The position numbers were made by a program, and so were the translations under genes. Of a stretch of DNA of 64,000 bases, positions 24,601 through 35,146 are shown one piece after another (the stretch's first letter is position 1; each line of letters starts with the position of its first letter). The stretch comes from Eledone cirrhosa (taxonomy: Eukaryota): positions 371,566,001 through 371,630,000 of the forward strand of contig OZ024743.1 in assembly GCA_964016885.1 (NCBI GenBank), given 5' to 3'. The notes beneath the pieces are model-generated. The model ran no database searches. It was not told the DNA's origin and saw nothing but the letters and a program-made list of their open reading frames with translations.

Positions 24601-26985
24601 CTGTGTGAGATGTGTGATGCTGCAAGAGCAGTTGTATGATGCCTGTGTGAGATGTGTGATGCTGCAAGGTCAGTTGTATGATGCCTGTGTGAGATGTGTG
24701 ATGCTGCAAGAGCAGTTGTATGATGCCTGTGTGAGATGTGTGATGCTGCAAGAGCAGTTGTATGATGCCTGTGTGAGATGTGTGATGCTGCAAGAGCAGT
24801 TGTATGATGCCTGTGTGAGATGTGTGATGCTGCAAGGTCAGTTGTATGATGCCTGTGTGAGATGTGTGATGCTGCAAGAGCAGTTGTATGATGCCTGTGT
24901 GAGATGTGTGATGCTGCAAGAGCAGTTGTATGATGCCTGTGTGAGATGTGTGATGCTGCAAGGTCAGTTGTATGATGCCTGTGTGAGATGTGTGATGCTG
25001 CAAGGTCAGTTGTATGATGCCTGTGTGAGATGTGTGATGCTGCAAGAGCAGTTGTATGATGCCTGTGTGAGATGTGTGATGCTGCAAGAGCAGTTGTATG
25101 ATGCCTGTGTGAGATGTGTGATGCTGCAAGAGCAGTTGTATGATGCCTGTGTGAGATGTGTGATGCTGCAAGGTCAGTTGTATGATGCCTGTGTAAGATG
25201 TGTGATGCTGCAAGAGCAGTTGTATGATGCCTGTGTGAGATGTGTGATGCTGCAAGAGCAGTTGTATGATGCCTGTGTGAGATGTGTGATGCTGCAAGGT
25301 CAGTTGTATGATGCCTGTGTGAGATGTGTGATGCTGCAAGAGCAGTTGTATGATGCCTGTGTGAGATGTGTGATGCTGCAAGAGCAGTTGTATGATGCCT
25401 GTGTGAGATGTGTGATGCTGCAAGAGCAGTTGTATGATGCCTGTGTGAGATGTGTGATGCTGCAAGAGCAGTTGTATGATGCCTGTGTGAGATGTGTGAT
25501 GCTGCAAGGTCAGTTGTATGATGCCTGTGTGAGATGTGTGATGCTGCAAGGTCAGTTGTATGATGCCTGTGTGAGATGTGTGATGCTGCAAGGTCAGTTG
25601 TATGATGCCTGTGTGAGATGTGTGATGCTGCAAGGTCAGTTGTATGATGCCTGTGTGAGATGTGTGATGCTGCAAGAGCAGTTGTATGATGCCTGTGTGA
25701 GATGTGTGATGCTGCAAGAGCAGTTGTATGATGCCTGTGTGAGATGTGTGATGCTGCAAGGTCAGTTGTATGATGCCTGTGTGAGATGTGTGATGCTGCA
25801 AGAGCAGTTGTATGATGCCTGTGTGAGATGTGTGATGCTGCAAGAGCAGTTGTATGATGCCTGTGTGAGATGTGTGATGCTGCAAGAGCAGTTGTATGAT
25901 GCCTGTGTGAGATGTGTGATGCTGCAAGAGCAGTTGTATGATGCCTGTGTGAGATGTGTGATGCTGCAAGGTCAGTTGTATGATGCCTGTGTGAGATGTG
26001 TGATGCTGCAAGAGCAGTTGTATGATGCCTGTGTGAGATGTGTGATGCTGCAAGAGCAGTTGTATGATGCCTGTGTGAGATGTGTGATGCTGCAAGAGCA
26101 GTTGTATGATGCCTGTGTGAGATGTGTGATGCTGCAAGGTCAGTTGTATGATGCCTGTGTGAGATGTGTGATGCTGCAAGAGCAGTTGTATGATGCCTGT
26201 GTGAGATGTGTGATGCTGCAAGAGCAGTTGTATGATGCCTGTGTGAGATGTGTGATGCTGCAAGAGCAGTTGTATGATGCCTGTGTGAGATGTGTGATGC
26301 TGCAAGAGCAGTTGTATGATGCCTGTGTGAGATGTGTGATGCTGCAAGGTCAGTTGTATGATGCCTGTGTGAGATGGGTGATGCTGCAAGGTCAGTTGTA
26401 TGATGCCTGTGTGAGATGTGTGATGCTGCAAGGTCAGTTGTATGATGCCTGTGTGAGATGTGTGATGCTGCAAGGTCAGTTGTATGATGCCTGTGTGAGA
26501 TGTGTGATGCTGCAAGAGCAGTTGTATGATGCCTGTGTGAGATGTGTGATGCTGCAAGAGCAGTTGTATGATGCCTGTGTGAGATGTGTGATGCTGCAAG
26601 GGCAGCAACTGCGGAGGATATGCAAAGCCTGGAGAGAAATGAAGCAAGCATGCTTCGATGGATGTGCAATGTCAATGTGTGTGAATGACCAAGCATGGAC
26701 AAGTTGAGAATGAATCTGTGTATAAGAGGGATAAACTCTAGTGTGTGGGAGAGAAGTCTGCGTTGGTATGGCCATGTGATGCACATGGAAGATGACCGCT
26801 GGGTGAAGAAGGGCCAAGAAATCCTGGTGGAAGAGGCATTAGACCACGAAAACATAGGCAGAGGTGGTGAGAGCTGACCTCAGATCGCTGAAGCTCACAG
26901 AGGAGACGAGGAGGGGCCATGACAAATGGAGAGATGCTGTACTGAAGAGGACCCGTCCCACCTTTACAAGCAGAGAAAAGCAGAT
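21626..26985 (+). mobile_element. Dead RTE-B fragment hosting the 42-bp minisatellite
   Basis: Flanks align to 48177-48280 and 48330-48730 and contain stops and frameshifts. Confidence 0.9.
21731..26602 (+). repeat. Minisatellite: 116 tandem copies of CAGTTGTATGATGCCTGTGTGAGATGTGTGATGCTGCAA(GAG/GGT/GGG)
   Basis: Strict 42-bp period (4872 bp / 42 = 116). The unit encodes RTE ORF2 peptide QLYDACVRCVMLQ(E/G). Confidence 0.98.
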
Positions 26986-28165
26986 GCAATCACAGCCCAT
27001 GTTTCACTACCATGCAGTATCAGACTTCGTACACAGGCGTCATATAGTCATCCTTTTATATATAGAGAGAAACCTTTTGTGGTCAACGGTGGAAGTAGCT
27101 CTCTGAACTTTTTCTATCCTATCCTTAATCTAGCTGTTATGCTCTCAGAGCACCCTCCTCCATTGCTAATTATATTGCCTAGATAGCAGAAGTTATCAAT
27201 CTCTTCTATAGGTCCTTCTTGGGACTGGAATAAGCCTACATCACTGGCTATCTTCCCCTCAGTTACCCCTGTGTATCCTCTACAAACAAAGTCTTCCTTT
27301 CCTGTTAACTTACTCATTATGCTTCTACATCTCTCGTGTACCCAAGATTTATGTTGTGTACATTGTATAGAGTTTATGCCTACTCCCTTTCTACATATTG
27401 TGTAGGGCCACTTCCCTCAAGGAATCTTGACCCTATCTTCTCTCCTACTTACTAGCACTTTAGTTTTGGCTAAGTTTGCTCTTAGGCCTTTTGATTCTAA
27501 ATTCTGTTTCCATATTCAGAACTTATTTTCTAGTTCTTTAAAGGATTCAGTTATAAGGATCAGACCATCTGCATAGAGAAGTTCCCATGAACAGCCAGTC
27601 TTCTGTCATAGCCTGGGGGACTATAATGAATAGTAGTGAGCTAAGATCCGAACCTTGATGAACTCCTACTTGTACCTTGAATTCCTCATTAAACTCATTT
27701 CCTACTCCCATTTCGCTGACAGCTTCTCTGTACATGAGCTGCACTGCTCTCACCAACCATCCTTTTATACCTAATTTCCTTTAGGACCACAAGATAATAG
27801 ATCATAGTACTCTGTCAAATGCTTTTTCTAGGTCAACGAAAGCTAGGTATAGTGGCTTACCTTTGACTATGAACTTCTTTTGTATTTGTCTCACTAAAAA
27901 GAGGGAGTCTGTAGTACTTTTCCCAGACATGAAACCAAACTGCATCTTGTCTAATTTGACTCTTTCTCTAATTAGTTGCGCTATAACTCTTTCCATCACT
28001 TTCATAACTTGGTCTGTTAGTTTTATTCTTCTACAGTTGCTCCTCCCTAGGGCATCACCTTTGCCCTTGTAGTAATTTACAATAGTACTGCTATGCCAGT
28101 CATTGGGTATGACACTGTCCTGTATTATTACCTGATTGACTATGCGGGTTAATAGTTTGACTTTT
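26986..28165 (-). mobile_element. RTE LINE RT fragment
   Basis: MQFGFMSGKSTTD, AFVDLEKAFDRV, HQGSDLSSLLF, GGGCSESITARLRIG. Confidence 0.85.
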
Positions 28166-28199
28166 GTAAACTACTGACATGTAAACTACAGCACCAGCC

Positions 28200-28375
28200 A
28201 GTCAGAGGGTGACCTGGTGGTTGAACAGGTTAATAGATGATGCCATCAAAGCCAAGAGACAGGCTTGGAAAGCCTGGAAAAATGGAGGTAGCAGAGACCG
28301 GTACAAAGTGGCTAAGAAAGAAGCTAGGGGACAAGTATATACAGCTCTGGAAGAAGCTGAAGAAAGTTTGCCAAC
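28200..28375 (+). mobile_element. RTE LINE linker fragment
   Basis: TWWLN..AIKAKRQAWKAWK matches 46650-46800. Confidence 0.75.
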
Positions 28376-28699
28376 GTGTATATATGTTTTTAACAAAGTT
28401 CTGAACTTAGCTCATGGACTCACCAATTCTATCTTTACAGATACCCAAGGGTCCACAAACCCCAGATTGTATTAGACTAAAAATATATATCCATATTTTA
28501 TAAGATTAATCATTTGGTTGGGGTGATTGACACTTCTCATTTATTGTTGTCTCATATTTTACCAGAAGAAAATCTTGTTTCAACAATACAAGACCTAACT
28601 GCAACCAAAGTAGTATCAATGGAATGGTGTATTAATAGGTGCTATTGATAGGAATGTGACATAAATTAATCCAAAGACACAGTTTTTAGCAATGAAGAT

Positions 28700-29152
28700 T
28701 TGATAACAAACTGGTCAAAACCAGTTCTGTAACAAAACTAGCCATTTTAAAGAGTTCATACTTCAATTAAAACCTTCCTTGTTTTATATAAGAACAATAT
28801 ATTAAGTTACCATCTTAGGAATGAAATAATTAATAATTTTAGTAAGTCCTTCAAAATTCTTCATTAATTTATTGAAATAGGGTGGTTTTTATTAGAAATA
28901 TGGTCCTGAAAGGATTAAAAAGTTTTTATTTAAATTAAAATCTTCCAACATAATTTCATATAAGAACCATATAATGAAGAATTTTGAGGGATTTACTAAA
29001 ATTATTAATTATTTCATTACCAAGGTTGTAACTTCATATAAGGTTCTTATATAAAATTAAGTTGGAAGATTTTGATTTAAATGGAAAACCTGGGTGATTT
29101 TATTTCATAGAACCAGAGCCAGTTTTGGCCAGTTTGGTAACTAAAGGGTTAA
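28700..29152. mobile_element. Palindromic AT-rich MITE-like element (piggyBac-like end)
   Basis: AAACTGGTCAAAACC / AGTTTTGGCCAGTTT inverted ends, AAAGGGTTAA terminus; 28790-28865 is inverted to 28972-29047. Confidence 0.5.
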
Positions 29153-29245
29153 ATGTGTAAGGGTTTTGCAGAAAGTTAGATCTGACACAGAGACTTTGGT
29201 TATAATTGAAGAAATAAAATTAATTTTCTATTTTCCTTCTTATAG

Positions 29246-30239
29246 ATGTTCAGAAAAAGATCAAAAGGCTAAAGTAAAGTTTAATGTGTCTCCTTTGCCA
29301 TCTTTATGTACTGTAACTGAATTAAAATCTGACATGATTAATGAACCAAACTGGAATAGTAAAACACATGAGAAAACTGTGGTAACCCCAGTCAAAGAAA
29401 AAAAAGAAAATAGCAGAAAAATACAAGGGGCTGATGGAGATTGTAGATCTTCTCAACCTATTGTACTTGAATTGAAAAGAAGAAGCAAAAGACATGTTGG
29501 CAAAAGTTACTTAAACCAGAAGCAAGCACTTCAAACATATAATTATGCACATGACTGGAGCTCATCACAATTAGATGAAACCAGTCCCCAAAGGGATTTG
29601 AATATCTTAGCCAGTGAGGATTTAACTAAATCTGTTGCAGAAGACAGAACAAATAATCCTTTAACACCAGAACTACAAAGAAGTATGAGTCAGTTAATAA
29701 TTCGAAAGATTTGTCAAGCTCCAAAGAAAAAGGGATCCAGGGGGAATTTAGTGTTCACAGAAAACTTAGCCAACAAAAGTGATGCCAATGATTTCAGCAC
29801 ACCTAAAAGTCTTGGAACAAAAGGTAAAAAGAAAACAAAAGGTAAAAAAAAAACAAAAGACATGAATCATCACAAGTTGTTACTGTCAGACAATTCAGAT
29901 TCAAGTGAGAAGGTTCTGAAATGGAATAAAAATGTCCCAATAAAAAATAGTGAGAAATCCAGCAATGTACCATCTTCAAAATTCAAGTGTTTATTTAAAC
30001 AGGATGAATCTTTGATGTCTTCTTACTATGGAGATAATGACTTGCAATCTTCTATTGAGTGGGATTATTGGAATGTCTCTCAAGAAGAGAGAGAATCCTT
30101 AAAATGTTCAGATACTTGTGAGAAAAGAGCTACAAAAATGAAGAAAACAATGTCAAATTCACTGATGACAGCAATGATCAATAATAGTCCAGACAGTATG
30201 GTTACTGAGTGTTCTTCACCATTATCTGGAATTAGTGAG
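29246..30239 (+). CDS. HMG-box protein, second coding exon (long, K/S-rich, likely disordered)
   Basis: Polypyrimidine acceptor ttttccttcttatag; phase 2 joins AG+A=Arg in frame; 994 bp open; donor GAG|GTAAGA. Confidence 0.85.
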
Positions 30240-30502
30240 GTAAGAATGGTCATCAACATTATATTATCTGTTCATATTTTATACTAACAAAATATCATCA
30301 TTATTATCATCATATGAAACATCTTATAGAAAATTAAGAACACAAGTGGGATACTGTTAAATCATTATCTATTCTTTCTTTAATTGGTATATTGATTTCT
30401 ACTGGGTAGACTTTCTCTAATCCTCATTTCCATACAAAAAAAATTAAAGACATGAAGGTCAAGAAATTTGTTGATATATGTCAATTTATTTTACTTTTGC
30501 AG

Positions 30503-30646
30503 CTCTCTGACCCAGATTCTGACAGTTATGAAGAACATGGAGAAGAAGAGAATGAGAAAATGGATTCAAAAGCAATACTTTATATTAACGATAAGATTTC
30601 AGCTGGTGGTGATGCTAAGAGTCATTCGATTTACAAACAAAACTCT
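30503..30646 (+). CDS. HMG-box protein, third coding exon
   Basis: Acceptor ttttgcag, phase 0, LSDPDSDSYEEHGEEE...KQNS, donor |GTAAGT. Confidence 0.8.
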
Positions 30647-31259
30647 GTAAGTATTTAACAATATTTACACAAATTAATACAGGAAATACCTAATATATTT
30701 TCACTATTCCCTGACTATTAGAACAAGTTTCAACATAACATTACTTTAACGAAGTATATCTGATTTTTGCCAGCAAACCACGTGTAGACATGAATGTAAA
30801 AAATATAAATCACTGTATCCTTAGGGATCACAGTAAGTACTTCCAAAACTCTATAAACAACAATATACACACAGATTTATATACAGATACATACCACACA
30901 TGCATATACACACAAAGTGAAAAGAAACCACACTATTTCATGTGAGACACTATACCGGCCAATCTAACGTACATTATAAAACCATTCTGAACATTGACTT
31001 CATTTCTAACCCACATACACCTTTTAATTATATATACGTGCACAGATTTTTTTGCATACAAACACACAATACATAGGAAAACGGAAACAAAAAGACAAAG
31101 CATAAACCAACATTTTATTTATCTTGTTAACAAGTGTGCTAAACATATGCAGCATATCTGTTTACATTTTGTTCTACTGTACAGACGGACAGACAGACAA
31201 AATTGCTATTGTGATATCCATGTATGAAGTATGTGATAAAACTGGTTGAGGTTCCAAAA

Positions 31260-34200
31260 TAAAACATTTCCCAGAAAATCACATCTGTCATCTATGTACA
31301 GAACCTGATAACTCCCTCCGAAATCGATGGGTTGAATGTGGTAAATGTCGTGTTTCTGTTTGCCTTCAATGTGCCACAAACTTTTGAAAGATCCCAGGTC
31401 AGAAAAAGAGACACCATACTTCTATGATGGATGGACTCTGGGAAATGGTCCAGCTACCAAATTGGTCCTTTCAGTGCCTGGCCTGTGTGTCTGCCTCTAC
31501 CATTGCTGCTGAACAACAAAAACCAACGAACATGTCTTCCTCGACCATTGTTACTGAACAATGGCAAAACCGNNNNNNNNNNNNNNNNNNNNNNNNNNNN
31601 NNNNNNNNNNNNNNNNNNNNNNNNNNNNNNNNNNNNNNNNNNNNNNNNNNNNNNNNNNNNNNNNNNNNNNNNNNNNNNNNNNNNNNNNNNNNNNNNNNNN
31701 NNNNNNNNNNNNNNNNNNNNNNNNNNNNNNNNNNNNNNNNNNNNNNNNNNNNNNNNNNNNNNNNNNNNNNNNGCTGATCTTCAAGCATTTGCTGCTAGCT
31801 CATCCAAAGACCTAGGCTGTGCTCCCCTGAAGGGTGCTCTCTGCCTTGGCCAACCAGGTCCGAAACCCAGACTAATTAGGCTGTCTTTCTCAAACTCTAC
31901 TGAAGCATGTTCAGATCTTTTAGACTCTGATAAAGCTTGGCATGAAAATTGGATTGCCTTTCAAAACATGCCCTAGCCTACCACTTGATGTATGTGCAAA
32001 ACTACGTGTTGCAGCTTCCTTAAATCGCAACTCAGCACAACATGATAAGCCTACGTGATGATGGGCAGATATGGAAGTTTATTAAAGCTGGTGAAACATG
32101 GAAAAGAGATACCAGCTGGTCTTAACACACTGTACCCACAATAGCTGCCAATGAAAAAACTGAAAAAACTGTGGGGAAACTAAATCAGAACAATCTGCCA
32201 TCCCCTGCACATCATCATAAACTGAAATGAAGGTACAATTTTTGTCCTTAAATGCTCGTAGTCTATCCAAAAAGATACATCCTTTTGATCCTTACGTCAA
32301 AAGTATCGACCTTGATTTCATTACAGTCACAGAAACATGAGCACATTCCTTACTCTGTGATGGGGTTTTCAGCATAACTGTCTACACCTTGTTTTACAAA
32401 GACCGCATTAATCGTCGTGGTGAATTACTATCAGGACACACAGCTTTGTGATATCCTCAGAGCTGCTGCCAGGAAAACAGCCACTTATGTTTTTATTGCA
32501 GGGGACTTCAATCGCTCTTGAGATTGATTGGGAAACCTTTCGTTGACCACAAAGTGCAAATGATTTCCTTGAGCTAGTGCTGGACTCGAAATGGTCCCAA
32601 GTAGTCACCTCCCCAACAAGAGGTGACAAGACTTTGGATCTACTCTTTACCACTACTGAAACGGTTATTAGTGTTACTACTGAGGAACCTTTAGGTGATT
32701 CTAATCATGCTATGGTCATTTCCAATCTGTCTCTTATGAGCAGTTACAAAAACCCCAACCATCTCCAAACTGCTCACTTTGACTGGAATAAAGCAGACTG
32801 GAACTATTACTGCACCGAGCTGCAATGCCGACACTGGCTTGAATTTTACAATTCTGGAGATGTGAATACTATACTTCAGAACATCCTGAACTCGATATGG
32901 ACAGCATGTGGCGCATCAGTGCCACGTAAGCAGAAAAAAACATCCCAAAAATGCAATTTGGGAGACTGCAGTGGTCCAACTTGCCAAGAAAGAACGTTGT
33001 AATGCTGAACATGAATACAAATTGCATAAATCAGATATCAATAGAAAAAAGCGAAATAAATCATCCAACCATCTCAAGCAGGTGACAAAAAAGGCAGTGC
33101 TTCAATTTGAACATCACATAGCAACCAACCCTGACAGTAAGGTGTTCTGGAAATATGTACATTCAAAGCAGAGACCTCACTCTCCAGTAGGTCCTCTTTG
33201 CAATCCCCACACAAGTCAGATTACTGACGACCCCAAAGAATGTGCAGAACTCATTGCTGAATGCTATGCAGGCATTTTCACTGTTAAAAACTAAAATGTA
33301 CCATCTCCACTACCTCAGACATCAAATTCTATAATCACTATGGAATTTACACCTGCAATGCTGCAACGTCACCTTAAGAATAAACGCAACCATGCCTCTC
33401 CTGGTCTTGATGGTGTTATGTACCTGCTTCTCAAACGTGGTGGGTATTTCCTTCTGCACCAGCTTTCACTCTTCTTTCAATTCTGTCTTAACGATGGTGC
33501 TACTCCGGAGCAGTGGAAAACTGCCAGTGTCATTCCTCTGTTCAAAAAGGGTGACTGCACGTCGCCTGTCAACTATCGTTCAGTCAGTCTTACTAGCTGC
33601 ATTGCCAAACTGATGGAATCCTATGTCAGGGAAACACTTTGGAAGTTCTGGAATTCTCAGTCTTATACCGGCCCTCGCAATTTGGATTTATCCCTAACTC
33701 CAGCTGCTGTGATCAACTTATCGAGTTTCTTGAAGACATCACCCAGATCACTGATGGCAACTCATGGGCGGATGTTGTTTACCTTGACTTTTCTAAAGCT
33801 TTTAATTCTCTGCCACACAAAAGACTCTCTACAATGGGTGTGAAGGATGATCTTTTTAACTGGTTGAAGTCCTTCATTCTCAGTTGAAGAGAGGTAGTCA
33901 TAGTTCTAGGACAGCATTCTTCACTGTATGAGATGTCATCTAGTATACCACAGGGATCTGTTCTTGGTCCTCTTTTGTTTGTTTCATTTATTAATGACAT
34001 AGGTGCCAACTTAAAAAATGCCACAGTACTGAAATATGCAGATGACATCAAGCTGTACCTTGAGATAAAAAGAACAGATCCTGAACACTATAGATCTTTC
34101 CTGCAAACAGACCTGGACACAATGCAGCAATGGATCATGGACTGGCAACTCAAGCTGGCTGTGGACAAGTGTACCACCATGCATTTTGGGAGGAAAAACC

Positions 34201-34792
34201 CAGCGCCCACATACTCCCTCCACAACACTAATATCAAGAAGTCTTCTTATGAACGTGACCTGGGCATTACTATCAGCAGCGATTTGCATTGAACAAAGCA
34301 CATCTCTAAAATTGTCAAGAAGGCCAAGGGTGTCATAGCATCACTTAGCAAGACCTTTGTCAACCGCTCTCCAGCTAACTATTTAAAGCTGTATGTAGCT
34401 ATGGTGCGGCCACACTTAGAATTTGCATCACCAGTCTGGAACCCCTATCAGAACATTGACCTCCTGGTAACTGTTCAGGGATGTGCAACCAAGCGAATAC
34501 CCTCCATCAGGCATCTATTATACATTGAACGCCTTGCTTCTCTGGGCATGGATACATTGAAGCTCCGACATCTGGCAACTGACTTGGTAAGCACCCACAA
34601 AATTATTAACCATCTTGCGAACAACAACCTTGAGCACCTTTTTGAATTCCATATGTCTAACACACGTGGGCATGCCTACAAAATCAGAAAACAGCACTCC
34701 TATGACTTTCGGAAAAAAATGTTCACACTCAGAGTTGCTGAAGCATGGAACAAACTACCTGCATCAGTTGTTAGCTGCCAAGGTATCCTTTG
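31260..34792 (+). mobile_element. CR1-type LINE with PHD-like ORF1 remnant and APE-RT ORF2; disrupted; spans the assembly gap
   Basis: WVECGKC..CLQC..CLAC; IAGDFN; PTRGDKTLDL; FKKGDCTSPVNYRSVSLT; YLDFSKAF; QGSVLGPLLF; KYADD; VRPHLEFASPVWNP; TRGHAYK. Confidence 0.9.
31573..31772. other. Assembly gap (200 N)
   Basis: Run of N. Confidence 1.
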
Positions 34793-35146
34793 AAACAGTT
34801 AGTGATGGTCTCTTAAGGTTGCTAGTGTTGAACTCATGGGCTCATGTTTCTCTTATGGCTAACTTTATGTTGTATGCTCTCATCTTTTCATCAGAGCACC
34901 AAACACAGAATAACAAATATTGTGTCTCAGAGCTCTTTCTGACAAAAGCTTATTTCTGATAGAAATACTTATTTTATGTGTTGCATATCATGTAGACTTA
35001 CAAGATAACATACAAATTAAGAAATAAAGATATGATTTTTCTTAGGTCATGAAAATTATTAACAATCATCACATTCTCATAGAAACCTGAAACACTTTTG
35101 ACATGTATCTACTATATAACAAAAATATATGCAAAAAGAATTTCTA

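Noticed and set aside
21731-26602. CRISPR-like array or a functional repeat-expanded RT
   Set aside because: There are no unique spacers and no cas genes in this eukaryotic context. The host RTE has stops upstream and a frameshift at the right junction, so it cannot encode a working RT.
21675-26855. Giant His-rich or Cys-rich protein genes as annotated CDS
   Set aside because: The ORF length is a by-product of a stop-free 42-bp unit; there is no signal peptide, promoter or splice support. Kept only as a hypothesis under findings.
31424-31976. ORFs spanning X runs
   Set aside because: Artefacts of the 200-N gap; true distance and contiguity across it are unknown.
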